Assembly (NCBI GenBank): GCA_034722015.1
Contig: JAYENI010000213.1
Location: forward strand, 1-56,660
From: Pseudomonadota bacterium
GTDB taxonomy: Bacteria > Pseudomonadota > Gammaproteobacteria > JAJDOJ01
DNA length: 56,660 nucleotides
Direction: 5' to 3'
How positions within the stretch are numbered: position 1 is the stretch's first letter; the number at the start of each line of letters is the position of its first letter. Of the stretch, positions 20,732 to 31,174 are shown in pieces. Both the position numbers and the translations under genes were made by a program. Below the pieces are notes generated by a model, which saw only the letters and a program-made list of their open reading frames with translations, did not search any database and was not told where the DNA came from.

Positions 20732-20990
20732 TAACGACAGGGATGCGGCATAGCGGCATAAGAGACCGGTTCCAGAAGAAATTTTCCTCTCCCGACCGGG
20801 TTAGCCGCTGCCCCTGAAACCGGCTGCGGAAACTGCCGAGCGGAGTTTCCCGGCCTGGCCCGGATTGCACCCGGGAGCGCACCCTGCCATATTTGTCCGG
20901 TGTTCCCGTGCGGTCCCGAGCGCGGAGCGGGGACGCGTTGGCGCCTGCAAGTCGAACCGGGCCCCGCTATGAACCCCTGCCGGTAGAGCA

Positions 20991-22064
20991 ATGATGATAC
21001 AGACCGACGACCTGAGAATCCGCGAGATCCGCGTAGTCAGTACACCCGCCGAGCTGCACGAGGAGTATCCCATCACGGATGCGGCTGCCGGGACGGTCGC
21101 CCGGACGCGCTCGGCGATCCACGACATCCTGAACGGCCAGGACGAGCGGCTGCTCGTGATCACCGGCCCGTGTTCGATCCATGATCCCGATGCGGCGCGC
21201 GACTATGCCGCGAAGCTGCAGGTCGCGCGGGAGCAGTACGCAGGTGACCTCGAAATCGTCATGCGGGTGTATTTCGAGAAACCCCGCACCACCGTAGGGT
21301 GGAAGGGGCTGATCAACGATCCCGACCTGGACGGCAGTTTCCAGATAAACAAGGGGCTACGGTGCGCGCGCAGTCTGCTTCTCGACCTGAACTCGCAGGG
21401 GATGCCCGCCGCAACCGAATACCTGGACCTCATCAGCCCGCAGTACGTGGCGGACCTGGTCAGCTGGGGCGCCATCGGCGCCCGGACCACCGAGAGCCAG
21501 GTGCATCGCGAACTGGCCTCCGGGCTGTCCTGCCCCGTGGGTTTCAAGAATGGCACCGACGGTGATCTTCAGGTGGCGATCGACGCGATCCGCTCGGCCT
21601 CCCAGCCGCACCATTTCCTTTCCCTGACCAAGGCCGGTCACTCGGCGATATTCTCGACTTCCGGCAACGAGGACGGACACGTCATCCTGCGCGGTGGCAG
21701 GGAGACGAACTATGACGCCGCCAGCATCGATGCCGCGTGCGAGCGGATCAAGGGCGCGGGATTGCGTCCACAGGTCATGGTCGATTGCAGTCACGCCAAC
21801 AGCCGCAAGCGGCCGGAGAGGCAGATCGTCGTCGCCGAAGACATCGCGGCGCAGCTGGCGCAGGGGGAGACCCGGATACTGGGCGCAATGCTGGAGAGCC
21901 ACCTCGTGGCGGGTCGCCAGGACGCGATACCCGGCGTTGAATTGCAGTATGGCCAGAGTATCACCGATGCCTGTATTGGGTGGGACGATACCGGTCCCGT
22001 GCTGCAGGGTCTCGCCGAAGCGGTGCGCAAGCGCCGTACATCCGGCAGTCGATTGACGGCATGA
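20991..22064 (+). CDS. aroG: DAHP synthase, class I-alpha
   Basis: [54 protein letters not shown]; isoform (aroF/G/H) not resolvable. Confidence 0.92.
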   Translation: MMIQTDDLRIREIRVVSTPAELHEEYPITDAAAGTVARTRSAIHDILNGQDERLLVITGPCSIHDPDAARDYAAKLQVAREQYAGDLEIVMRVYFEKPRTTVGWKGLINDPDLDGSFQINKGLRCARSLLLDLNSQGMPAATEYLDLISPQYVADLVSWGAIGARTTESQVHRELASGLSCPVGFKNGTDGDLQVAIDAIRSASQPHHFLSLTKAGHSAIFSTSGNEDGHVILRGGRETNYDAASIDAACERIKGAGLRPQVMVDCSHANSRKRPERQIVVAEDIAAQLAQGETRILGAMLESHLVAGRQDAIPGVELQYGQSITDACIGWDDTGPVLQGLAEAVRKRRTSGSRLTA

Positions 22065-23377
22065 CGATGGGTATCGGGATCGCGCGCCTGAGCACCCGGC
22101 AACCGGACTTCAACGGAGAACTCGACCGCCTTCTGGCCTGGGAATCGGTGTCGGGTGACGAGGTGCTGGAGACCGTTCGGGGGATACTGGAGGATGTCCG
22201 GGTTCGCGGCGATGCCGCCGTGCTGGATTACACGAAACGTTTCGACAGGGTCGAGGCGGACTCCGTGGCCGATCTGGAGATCCGCGCGCAGTGCCTGCGG
22301 GACGCCGTGGCGAGGATCCCCGCGGTGCAACGCGAGGCGCTGGAGGTCGCGGCGTCAAGGATTCGCGCCTATGCCGAGCGCCAGCGTCTGGAATCCTGGG
22401 ACTACGAAGAAGACGACGGTACGCTGCTGGGACAGCAGGTCCGGCCACTGGACCGCGCCGGGCTCTATGTGCCCGGCGGCAAGGCGGCCTACCCCTCCTC
22501 GGTACTGATGAATGCCGTCCCCGCCAAGGTGGCGGGCGTGCCGGAGCTGGTCATGGTCGTGCCGACGCCTGATGGCGAGGTCAACGATCTGGTTCTCGCG
22601 GCGGCCGGGATAGCCGGGGTCGATCGGGCCTTTGCCATCGGCGGCGCACAGGCGGTGGCCGCCCTGGCCTTCGGCACCGCGACCGTCCCGGCGGTGGACA
22701 AGATCGTAGGCCCTGGAAATGCTTACGTGGCTACCGCGAAGCGCCTCGTTTTCGGGCGCGTGGGTATCGACATGATCGCCGGGCCGTCAGAGATTCTGAT
22801 CGTGTGCGACGGCAAGACGAATCCCGACTGGGTGGCGATGGACCTTTTTTCCCAGGCCGAACACGACGAGGATGCCCAGTCCATCCTGTTGAGCCCGGAC
22901 GAGAAATTTCTCGACAAGGTCGCCGCCCGGATCACGGACCTGATCGGCGAGATGCCCAGGGCGTCGATCATCGGCAGATCCCTCGGCCGGCGGGGTGCGT
23001 TGATCGGCGTCAGGGACCTCGATGAGGCCGTGGCAATCACCAACCGGATCGCGCCGGAGCATCTGGAACTGTCTGTCGAGGACCCGCAGTCCCTGGTCGT
23101 CGGCGTCAGGCACGCCGGGGCGATTTTCCTGGGGCGCTTCACCGCCGAGGCGATCGGTGACTACTGCGCCGGTCCGAATCACGTCCTGCCGACCTCCGGT
23201 ACCGCGCGGTTCTCGTCCCCGCTGGGGGTATACGATTTCCAGAAGCGCAGCAGCCTGATCGGCTGTTCCCCGAAGGGCGCGGATGCGCTCGGGAGAACCG
23301 CCGAGGTGCTGGCGCACGGTGAGGGCCTGACCGCGCATGCGCGCTCCGCCGGGTACCGTGTCGGCAAACCGGCCTGA
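22061..23377 (+). CDS. hisD: Histidinol dehydrogenase
   Basis: [40 protein letters not shown]; ATG overlaps the aroG stop. Confidence 0.96.
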   Translation: MTMGIGIARLSTRQPDFNGELDRLLAWESVSGDEVLETVRGILEDVRVRGDAAVLDYTKRFDRVEADSVADLEIRAQCLRDAVARIPAVQREALEVAASRIRAYAERQRLESWDYEEDDGTLLGQQVRPLDRAGLYVPGGKAAYPSSVLMNAVPAKVAGVPELVMVVPTPDGEVNDLVLAAAGIAGVDRAFAIGGAQAVAALAFGTATVPAVDKIVGPGNAYVATAKRLVFGRVGIDMIAGPSEILIVCDGKTNPDWVAMDLFSQAEHDEDAQSILLSPDEKFLDKVAARITDLIGEMPRASIIGRSLGRRGALIGVRDLDEAVAITNRIAPEHLELSVEDPQSLVVGVRHAGAIFLGRFTAEAIGDYCAGPNHVLPTSGTARFSSPLGVYDFQKRSSLIGCSPKGADALGRTAEVLAHGEGLTAHARSAGYRVGKPA

Positions 23378-23520
23378 TTCCCCTGCACCCGCATGACGCG
23401 GGATGGCTGAGACGACGAATTCCCCGCTGACTTCCCGGGACCTTCCCCCGACGGATCAAACGACATGCGGCAGATTGCGGCGGGCGATTCCTCCCGCGAT
23501 ATGACGGTGTACGAATAGGT

Positions 23521-24600
23521 ATGGCACAAGACGACCCCCTGAGCTGGATCCGACCCGAGGTCAGGCGGCTGGCCCCTTACCATGTCGTGGACCCCGGTGA
23601 CGCGATCAAGCTCGACGCGATGGAGAACCCCTACCGGCTCCCCGTGGACCTCGAACAACCCTGGCTGGAGCGGCTGCGCAAGGTCCCGATCAACCGCTAC
23701 CCGGATCCCGGCGCGGAGGGCGTCCGGTCGCGTCTCGCCCGGGCCCTTGGGATGCGGGAAGGGAACGCGATAGTCCTCGGCAATGGTTCGGATGAACTCA
23801 TCCAGATCATTGCCCTTTCGGTAGCGGAACGGGGTCGTGTGGTGCTGGCCCCCGGCCCGAGCTTCGTGATGTACCGGATGATCGCCGCATTCACCGGGAT
23901 GCGCTTCGTGGAAGTACCATTACAGGCAGAGAACTACACGCTGGATATGCCGGCGATGCGGACCGCCATCGAGCGTTTTCGTCCCGCCGTGGTGTTCCTC
24001 TCCTACCCCAACAACCCCACGGGAAATCTCTGGCGTCGCGAAGAGGTCCTTGAGATCCTGGAACTGTCGCCCGGAATTGTCGTGGTGGACGAGGCCTATG
24101 CCCCTTTTGCTTCGGACACGCTGGTTGATGTGGCCGGATCCCGGCCCGGTCTTGTCGTCATGCGTACGCTGTCGAAGATGGGACTTGCGGGACTGCGGCT
24201 TGGTCTCGCGGTGGGGGACGCACCGCTCATCGGCGAGTTCGACAAGTTGAGATTGCCCTACAACATTAACGTGTTGACCCAGGCAAGTGTCGAATTTGCG
24301 CTCGACCACGCGCCCGTATTCGAGCGGCAGGCGGAAAGGATCCGCGCTGACCGCGGTGAACTGTTCCGCCGCCTGGCCGCAATGGACGGCGTCCGGCCCT
24401 ATTCGAGCGAGGCCAATTTCATCCTGTTCCGGGTCATTCCCGGCATTGCGGCGTCGGTGCACGCCTGCCTGCGTGAGCGCGGTGTGCTGATAAAAAACCT
24501 GGCCACACTGCCCCAGCTTGAAGACTGTCTGCGGGTGACTGTCGGGTCCCCTGAAGAGAACACGGTCTTCCTCGATGCCCTCGGGCACTGTCTCGGCTGA
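23521..24600 (+). CDS. hisC: Histidinol-phosphate aminotransferase
   Basis: KLDAMENPY, GNGSDELI, PNNPTG, DEAY, RTLSK-GLAGLRLG. Confidence 0.95.
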   Translation: MAQDDPLSWIRPEVRRLAPYHVVDPGDAIKLDAMENPYRLPVDLEQPWLERLRKVPINRYPDPGAEGVRSRLARALGMREGNAIVLGNGSDELIQIIALSVAERGRVVLAPGPSFVMYRMIAAFTGMRFVEVPLQAENYTLDMPAMRTAIERFRPAVVFLSYPNNPTGNLWRREEVLEILELSPGIVVVDEAYAPFASDTLVDVAGSRPGLVVMRTLSKMGLAGLRLGLAVGDAPLIGEFDKLRLPYNINVLTQASVEFALDHAPVFERQAERIRADRGELFRRLAAMDGVRPYSSEANFILFRVIPGIAASVHACLRERGVLIKNLATLPQLEDCLRVTVGSPEENTVFLDALGHCLG

Positions 24601-24660
24601 ATCGATTCGCGGGTGCGCCCGACGGCATGCCGAAAAAGACGAGGAGAGCGGGCCCTCTCA

Positions 24661-24817
24661 GGCGATTGCCGGAAAATGACATACCAGATTGTGCCGGATT
24701 TTCGTTCGTCCTCGAGGCGCGACAACAGGCGCATAGTCGGACTATGTAACTGTTGTCGCAACGAAGAGGACGAACGAAAAGACAAACAGGATGGTATGTC
24801 AATTGACAGAAATCGCC
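24661..24817 (+). mobile_element. MITE family A copy 3 (157 bp)
   Basis: TCA duplicated at 24658-24660 and 24818-24820; the latter is the degS stop on the minus strand. Confidence 0.92.
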
Positions 24818-25969
24818 TCAGTAGATCTTCGGCCGCTCGGCGATGGTGACGGACTGTCGGAACGGGCTCCCGCGCCGGTGCCCGGATATCGTCACGATGT
24901 CCCCTGGCCGGTGACGGGCAATCCTCTGGAAGGCTTCCCTGGATGTCGCCAGTTCCTCGTCGTTCATGCGCATCAGAATGTCGCCTGGTCGAAGACCGGC
25001 GGCTTCCGCCGGTCCGCCCCGCATGACCTCGGTGACCAGTACGCCCTGTGACGCTCCCAGCCCGAAGGATTCGGCCAGCTGGTCGGTGACGTCCTGGGCC
25101 TGTACCCCCAGCCATCCCCGCACGACGCGGCCGTTCTCGATGATCTGGGTCATGACGTTACGGGCCAGCCCCGCGGGAATCGCGAAACCGATGCCGTGGG
25201 ACCCGCCGGAGTTGGAGAAGATCGCGGTATTGATCCCGATCAACTCACCCCTGGCGTTGATCAGCGCCCCGCCCGAATTGCCGGGGTTGATGGCGGCGTC
25301 GGTCTGTATGAAATTCTCGATCGCGCTGATGCCGACCTGGTTGCGGCCGGTCGCGCTGATGATCCCCTGGGTCACCGTCTTTCCGACACCGAAAGGGTTC
25401 CCGATCGCCAGTGCGACGTCACCCACTTCCAGTCTTTCGGAATTGCCCACGACGATCGCCGGCAGGTCCCTGGCGGCCAGTTCGAGGACGGCAAGGTCGG
25501 TTTCCAGATCGGTCCCGACGACCCTTGCCGTGATGCTCTGCTCGTCTCCCAGAATGACGTAGATCTCGTCGGCGCCATCGATGACGTGGTTGTTTGTCAG
25601 GACGTATCCCTGCTTGCTGACGATCACGCCGGACCCGAGGCTGTTCTGGACACGGGCGTCCGGGGTTGCGTCCCGGTCCTCAAAAAGCTGCCGGAACTTC
25701 GGATCGAAGGAGAGTAGCGGTAACTTTCGGCTCACCGTCTTGGTCGTGTACACATTGACGACGGCCGGCGAGGCCAGCCTGACCGCATGGGCATAGGAGT
25801 ACGGGCCGCTGGAAGGCGGGTGGGTAACCTTGTCTTCCGGGGAAACGAGTTCCACGACGGGACGCTTGATCCGGGCGTCATCCGGAATCAGGTAAAGCAC
25901 GACGAGCGCCGCGATCACGCCGACGATGGCGGAGCGCAGCAGCAGGCTTTGAAACGATTGCAGGTGCAT
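24818..25969 (-). CDS. degS: HtrA family serine protease, single PDZ (DegS/AlgW)
   Basis: N-terminal TM, LTNNHV, TDLAVL, DAAINPGNSGGAL, one PDZ domain. Confidence 0.85.
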   Translation of the reverse strand: MHLQSFQSLLLRSAIVGVIAALVVLYLIPDDARIKRPVVELVSPEDKVTHPPSSGPYSYAHAVRLASPAVVNVYTTKTVSRKLPLLSFDPKFRQLFEDRDATPDARVQNSLGSGVIVSKQGYVLTNNHVIDGADEIYVILGDEQSITARVVGTDLETDLAVLELAARDLPAIVVGNSERLEVGDVALAIGNPFGVGKTVTQGIISATGRNQVGISAIENFIQTDAAINPGNSGGALINARGELIGINTAIFSNSGGSHGIGFAIPAGLARNVMTQIIENGRVVRGWLGVQAQDVTDQLAESFGLGASQGVLVTEVMRGGPAEAAGLRPGDILMRMNDEELATSREAFQRIARHRPGDIVTISGHRRGSPFRQSVTIAERPKIY

Positions 25970-26071
25970 GATTCTGATACCCTATCATGGAACCCGCGGT
26001 TGCCTGAAATGGGGGGTGGCTCATCCACCGGATCGCGCCGGTGTCACCAACCCCGGACCGGAAGCCGCGCC

Positions 26072-26830
26072 ATGGCAAATCTGAACACGATTGTCGCCTA
26101 TCTCGACGATTACCTCGATATCGATCGATTCCAGGACTATGCGCCCAACGGCCTGCAGGTCGAGGGGCGGCCCGAGGTTCGCTTTGTCATGGGCGGGGTG
26201 ACCGCCAGCCGGGCGCTCGTGGAGGCGGCCGTGCGTGAGGGCGCCGACGCACTGCTAGTGCATCACGGTTATTTCTGGAGGGGGGGTGACCCGCGTGTGC
26301 GGGGGATCATGCGCGAGCGGCTGAAACTGCTGCTCTCCAGCGATATCAGCCTGATCGCGTACCACTTGCCCCTCGATGCCCACCCGGACGTGGGTAACAA
26401 CCGACAGCTTGGCGAACTCCTGGAAATCGAGATTACCGGGCCGCTGGATTCCGGGGGAGATCTGACCCGGGGGCTGCATGGGCGATTTCCCGAGCCCCTG
26501 GCGCCGGACCGTGCACGGGCTTTGCTGACCCGCAGACTCGGCCGTGAACCGTTGCATATCGCCGGTGGCGACGGCCCGATCCGGACGATCGGGTGGTGCA
26601 CGGGCGCGGCGCAGGGATTTCTCGAACTGGCCGTCGACAAACATCTGGACGCCTATGTCAGCGGCGAGATTTCAGAGCGCACGGTTCATCTGGCGATCGA
26701 GTCGGGCACCCACTATTTCTCCGCCGGGCACCACGCAACGGAGCGTTACGGTGTTCAGGCGCTCGGCGCGCATCTGGCCGACAAGTTCGGGCTTCGATTC
26801 GGGTTTGAGGAGATTCCAAACCCGGTCTGA
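26072..26830 (+). CDS. Nif3-like dinuclear metal centre protein (YbgI)
   Basis: DYAPNGLQVEG, LVHHGYFW, YHLPLDAHP, GHHATERYG. Confidence 0.92.
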   Translation: MANLNTIVAYLDDYLDIDRFQDYAPNGLQVEGRPEVRFVMGGVTASRALVEAAVREGADALLVHHGYFWRGGDPRVRGIMRERLKLLLSSDISLIAYHLPLDAHPDVGNNRQLGELLEIEITGPLDSGGDLTRGLHGRFPEPLAPDRARALLTRRLGREPLHIAGGDGPIRTIGWCTGAAQGFLELAVDKHLDAYVSGEISERTVHLAIESGTHYFSAGHHATERYGVQALGAHLADKFGLRFGFEEIPNPV

Positions 26831-27128
26831 GCGCTCGGCACGCGTGTGGATCACTTGACCCTAAACGCCGTTTCGGCGATCCTTGTCAGATTCTGGCGCC
26901 GCGAATAATGCGGTGTTTTTTCGAACGAAGGGGAGACCGCCGTGCCTGCCCCGGGCGGGTGGCGGCTACGTAATTTTCGCTCGGCCCACCCGAACAAGCC
27001 CGGGAACGGTCGTCGTTCCTCGCCACACAGGCAGACGGGTGTCCCCGTGAACCCTGCCGGTTGTCGTGAGCCGTCTCCGTGTCGAACAGATTCAAATTCT
27101 TCGTTGATTGACTTGCAGGAGATCTCTA

Positions 27129-27725
27129 ATGGCAGAACAAGGCGTTGATCTGCGCCGACGCCGCATGCTGACCACCACCGCGAGCGTCATTGGCGGCGCC
27201 GGTGTCGTGGCGGCAGCGTGGCCGTTTCTGGCGTCGATGCGGCCAAGTGCCAGGGCGCAGGCGGCCGGCGGACCGGTAGAAGCCAGTGTTGGCCAGCTCG
27301 AGCCCGGGCAGCTGATCCGTGTGGAGTGGCGTGGCAAACCCGTCTGGATCGTGAGGCGCACCGAAGCGATGCTGGGAAGTCTGGATCGGGATGCCGAAAA
27401 ATTGAGGGATCCCGATTCCATTATCGCCTCCCAGACGCCGGTATTTGCCAGGAACAAGTTTCGCTCCATCAAGCCCGAGTACCTGGTACTGGTCGGTATC
27501 TGTACCCACCTGGGGTGTTCCCCGACCTTTCGGCCGGAGATCGCACCGCCTGACCTGGGTCCCGACTGGATGGGAGGATTTTTCTGTCCCTGCCACGGGT
27601 CGCGATTCGACATGGCCGGCCGCGTCTACAAGAGTGTCCCCGCTCCGACCAATCTCGAGGTGCCGCCCTATCGATATCTCAGCGATTCCAGGCTGATCAT
27701 CGGCGAAGCCGTGGGGGTGTCGTGA
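27129..27725 (+). CDS. petA: Ubiquinol-cytochrome c reductase Rieske subunit
   Basis: Tat-like RRR, CTHLGCSP and CPCHGS. Confidence 0.96.
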   Translation: MAEQGVDLRRRRMLTTTASVIGGAGVVAAAWPFLASMRPSARAQAAGGPVEASVGQLEPGQLIRVEWRGKPVWIVRRTEAMLGSLDRDAEKLRDPDSIIASQTPVFARNKFRSIKPEYLVLVGICTHLGCSPTFRPEIAPPDLGPDWMGGFFCPCHGSRFDMAGRVYKSVPAPTNLEVPPYRYLSDSRLIIGEAVGVS

Positions 27726-29116
27726 TGGGACGGATGTTGGCCGGACTTCTCGGATGGGTGGACGCGCGGTTTCCGCTTTCCAAACTCTGGAACGAGCACC
27801 TCGCCGAGTACTATGCCCCGAAGAACTTCAATTTCTGGTATTTCTTCGGCTCGCTCGCGCTACTGGTGCTGGTGATCCAGATCGTGACCGGGATCTTCCT
27901 CACGATGCACTACAAACCGGACGCGGAATTGGCGTTCGGTTCGGTCGAGTACATCATGCGCGACGTGGACTGGGGGTGGTTGATCCGCTACATGCACTCC
28001 ACGGGTGCATCGGCGTTCTTCGTCGTCGTCTACCTGCACATGTTCCGGGCGCTGCTTTACGGCTCGTACAAGAAACCCCGGGAGTTGATCTGGCTGTTCG
28101 GCATGTTCATTTACCTGGCGTTGATGGCCGAAGCGTTCATGGGTTATCTCCTGCCCTGGGGACAGATGTCATACTGGGGCGCCCAGGTTATCGTGAACCT
28201 TTTCGGCGCGATTCCCGGCTTCGGGCCGGACCTGGCGCTGTGGCTGCGAGGCGATTTCGTGATCTCGGACGCCACCCTGAACCGCTTTTTCGCGCTACAC
28301 GTGATTGCGGTCCCGCTGGTACTGGTGTTCCTGGTGATCGCCCACATCATGGCGCTGCACGAAGTGGGCTCGAACAACCCCGACGGTGTGGAGATCAAGA
28401 AGCTCAAGGGAGACGATGGCATACCGCTCGACGGGATACCGTTTCACCCCTATTACACCGTCAAGGACATTGTCGGCGTGGTGGTCTTCCTGTTCGTGTT
28501 TGCCGTGGTTATGTTTTTCGTGCCCGAGATGGGCGGCTACTTTCTGGAGCACGCCAACTTCATACCGGCCGATCCGTTGACCACACCCGAGCACATCGCG
28601 CCGGTCTGGTATTTCACTCCGTTCTACACCGTGTTGCGCGCGGTACCCGATCCGTTCGGTGGGGTGGTGGCCATGGGGCTCGCGGTAGCCATCCTTTTCG
28701 TGCTGCCCTGGATCGACAGAAACCCGATCAAGTCGGTGCGCTACCGTAGCGTCCTTCACAAGACCAATCTGATCCTGTTCGCAGTGGTGTTCATCATCCT
28801 CGGCATTCTGGGTACCAAGCCCGCGACGGCTGAACTCGGTGAGATGGCGGTTCGTTTCAGCGAAGCGTACTTTCTGTTCTTCATCGCAATGTGGTTCAGC
28901 AGCACAAGGCGTAGCGCGAAGTTCGGCATCACCACCGCCGTCGTCCTGTTGGGTATCGTGACCCTTTACGACCTCTCGCGGGTGAATCCGGAGACCCAGT
29001 CGCTGGTGCTTTACGGCTGGTTTATTCCGGCTGCCTATATTTTCGTCATGTTCCTGTTGCCGGTGTTTACTAGTCTCGACGAGGAGAAAGTGGTGCCTGA
29101 GAGGGTGACATCATGA
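27722..29116 (+). CDS. petB: Cytochrome b of the bc1 complex
   Basis: GWLIRYMHSTGASAFF, PWGQMSYWGA, PEHIAPVWYF; start GTG 27722 or ATG 27725. Confidence 0.96.
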   Translation: MMGRMLAGLLGWVDARFPLSKLWNEHLAEYYAPKNFNFWYFFGSLALLVLVIQIVTGIFLTMHYKPDAELAFGSVEYIMRDVDWGWLIRYMHSTGASAFFVVVYLHMFRALLYGSYKKPRELIWLFGMFIYLALMAEAFMGYLLPWGQMSYWGAQVIVNLFGAIPGFGPDLALWLRGDFVISDATLNRFFALHVIAVPLVLVFLVIAHIMALHEVGSNNPDGVEIKKLKGDDGIPLDGIPFHPYYTVKDIVGVVVFLFVFAVVMFFVPEMGGYFLEHANFIPADPLTTPEHIAPVWYFTPFYTVLRAVPDPFGGVVAMGLAVAILFVLPWIDRNPIKSVRYRSVLHKTNLILFAVVFIILGILGTKPATAELGEMAVRFSEAYFLFFIAMWFSSTRRSAKFGITTAVVLLGIVTLYDLSRVNPETQSLVLYGWFIPAAYIFVMFLLPVFTSLDEEKVVPERVTS

Positions 29117-29871
29117 AAAGGATCGTTCTGATCTTTCTGGTAGTGCTGTTCCCGGCAGGGGCCGTTTCGGCTTCAGCTGGGGGGGCGCAATTTGACCATG
29201 CAGCGGTGGACGTCGGTAACAAGGCGTCCCTGCAGCGCGGTGCGAAGTATTTTTTCAACTACTGCATCAGCTGCCATTCGGCCAATTTCAGCCGCTACAA
29301 CCGGATCGCCGCCGACCTCGGTTTGTCTGAGTTGCAGGTGGAGGAGAACTTCATCTTTACCGACTCCACCGTTCGCGACCACATGAGCGTCGCCATGCGG
29401 CCGAAAGACGCCAAGGAGTGGTTTGGCACGGCGCCCCCGGACCTGACGCTGGTGGCCCGTGCGAAGGGTGCGGACTGGCTGTACACCTATCTGCGGACGT
29501 TCTACCTCGATGAGGCCCGCCCCTTCGGCGTCAACAACCTTGTCCTCGAGAACGCCTCCATGCCTCACGTGCTGTGGGAACTGCAGGGATTGCAGAGAGC
29601 TGTCTACAAGGAGGCTGGGGAAGGTCATGGTGAAGAAGGTCACGGAGGCGGGAAACCCGTTCTCGACCATCTGGAACTGGTTCAGCCCGGTTCGATGTCA
29701 CCGGAGCAGTACGATCGGGCAGTGCTGGATCTCGTCAATTTCATGCTGTATCTCAGCGAGCCCGCGCAGATCGTGAGGACGCAGATCGGAATCTGGGTGC
29801 TGAGCTTTCTGGTGTTGCTGTTCGTCGTCACCTACCTGCTCAAGAAGGAATACTGGAAAGACATCCATTGA
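29113..29871 (+). CDS. petC: Cytochrome c1
   Basis: Signal peptide, SLQRGAK, CISCH, PPDLTL, MPHVL, C-terminal TM and KKEYWKDIH. Confidence 0.96.
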   Translation: MKRIVLIFLVVLFPAGAVSASAGGAQFDHAAVDVGNKASLQRGAKYFFNYCISCHSANFSRYNRIAADLGLSELQVEENFIFTDSTVRDHMSVAMRPKDAKEWFGTAPPDLTLVARAKGADWLYTYLRTFYLDEARPFGVNNLVLENASMPHVLWELQGLQRAVYKEAGEGHGEEGHGGGKPVLDHLELVQPGSMSPEQYDRAVLDLVNFMLYLSEPAQIVRTQIGIWVLSFLVLLFVVTYLLKKEYWKDIH

Positions 29872-29872
29872 G

Positions 29873-29888
29873 TCCGGCAATCGCCTAA
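29873..29888 (-). repeat. Solo terminus of MITE family A
   Basis: TCCGGCAATCGCC+TAA is the exact 13-bp element end plus a TNA target, just after the petC stop. Confidence 0.6.
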
Positions 29889-30105
29889 CGAGGGTCGGGA
29901 CCTGATCCGGGGAGCCGCTTGATGACAGGTCCGTTTACGGGATGCCATCGGAGGTTTTCCGGGCACCTTGCCCCGGGAACCACCGGTCAGGTCCCCGTTC
30001 CGGTGACCGGGTCAGCAGCGGAAAAATTTTCACGTCGGGGCGGAGCCGAGGCGGTATAGAACCCGACGTGCCCCCCGACCCACTTTTCAAACACGGAGAC
30101 GTTGA

Positions 30106-30732
30106 ATGGCGCTGGTTGCCAACAGACGTTCGGTTATGACGTTGTTTTCCGATCCATCCTGTGCGCAAAGTCATCGGACGCGTATCGTCATTGCGGAAAA
30201 AGACATCACGATCGATGTTATCCATATCGACCCGGACGAGAAGCCCGAGGATCTTTCCGATCTCAATCCCTACAATTCCGTGCCGACCCTGGTCGACAGG
30301 GACCTTGTGCTCTACGACGCGCGGGTCATCATGGACTATCTCGACGAGCGGTTTCCTCATCCCCCCCTGATGCCGGTCGATCCGGTTTCCCGGGCCCGCT
30401 CGCGGCTCGCCCTCTACCACGTCGAGCGGGACTGGTATGGTCTGATCCCCGATCTGACCGCCGGGAGTGATCGAAAGACCTCCGCCGCACGCAAGGTCCT
30501 TCGAGAAAGCCTCCTCTCCTCGGTCGATATCTTCCGGGCGAAGCCGTTCTTCCTCAGCGACGAGTTTACCCTGGTGGATTGCTGCGTCGCCCCGATACTC
30601 TGGAGACTAGAGTATTTCGGGGTTGACCTGCCGACACAGGCAAAGCCCATCAAGCAATACGCCGACAGGGTATTCGCGCGTCCTTCGTTTCGGGAGAGCC
30701 TCTCGGAGGACGAACTCGAGATGCATCCCTGA
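30106..30732 (+). CDS. sspA: Stringent starvation protein A
   Basis: ANRRSVMTLFS, LNPYNSVPTLVDRDL, YLDERFPHPPLMPVDPV. Confidence 0.95.
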   Translation: MALVANRRSVMTLFSDPSCAQSHRTRIVIAEKDITIDVIHIDPDEKPEDLSDLNPYNSVPTLVDRDLVLYDARVIMDYLDERFPHPPLMPVDPVSRARSRLALYHVERDWYGLIPDLTAGSDRKTSAARKVLRESLLSSVDIFRAKPFFLSDEFTLVDCCVAPILWRLEYFGVDLPTQAKPIKQYADRVFARPSFRESLSEDELEMHP

Positions 30733-30793
30733 AGATGGCGGTCGGGGTCGTGCCGGCATCCTGCCCCCCCGATGTCCTGCCACGGTAGTGACC

Positions 30794-31174
30794 ATGACAT
30801 CCAGCCGACCGTATCTGATTCGCGCGATGTACGAATGGATCGTGGACAACGAGATGACACCCCATATTCTCGTTGATGCGGACGGGGAAGGGGTGCTCGT
30901 GCCCCGCGAGTACGTGGAGAATGGCAAGATCGTCCTGAATGTCGGCCCGATTTCGGTCCAGGGCCTGATCCTGGGCAATGATGAAGTGACATTCAGCGCG
31001 CGGTTCTCCGGAAAATCCGTGCGCATGCAGGTCCCTGTTGTCAGTGTCCTTGCCGTTTATGCCCGGGAGAACGGCAAGGGAATGATGTTCGGAGAGGATG
31101 GCAATGAACCCCCGCCCTCGCAGGGGCCGGAACCGGACACCCCTCCGCGCCCGCACCTGAAGGTCGTCAAGTAA
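30794..31174 (+). CDS. sspB: ClpXP adaptor SspB
   Basis: MTSSRPYLIRAMYEWIVDN, YARENGKGM, C-terminal PHLKVVK. Confidence 0.95.
   Translation: MTSSRPYLIRAMYEWIVDNEMTPHILVDADGEGVLVPREYVENGKIVLNVGPISVQGLILGNDEVTFSARFSGKSVRMQVPVVSVLAVYARENGKGMMFGEDGNEPPPSQGPEPDTPPRPHLKVVK

Noticed and set aside
20571-20882. Recurring peptide RRFLS..IPSCLSF...[18 protein letters not shown] in several track ORFs
   Set aside because: It is the translation of MITE family A. Copy 5 has an in-frame stop, copy 4 a 1-bp deletion, there is no consistent start or RBS, and the usual 160-bp insertion is not a multiple of three.
29620-29650. GAAGGTCA(T/C)GG micro-duplication in petC (EGHGEEGHG)
   Set aside because: Low-complexity His/Glu/Gly loops are common at this position in cytochrome c1.
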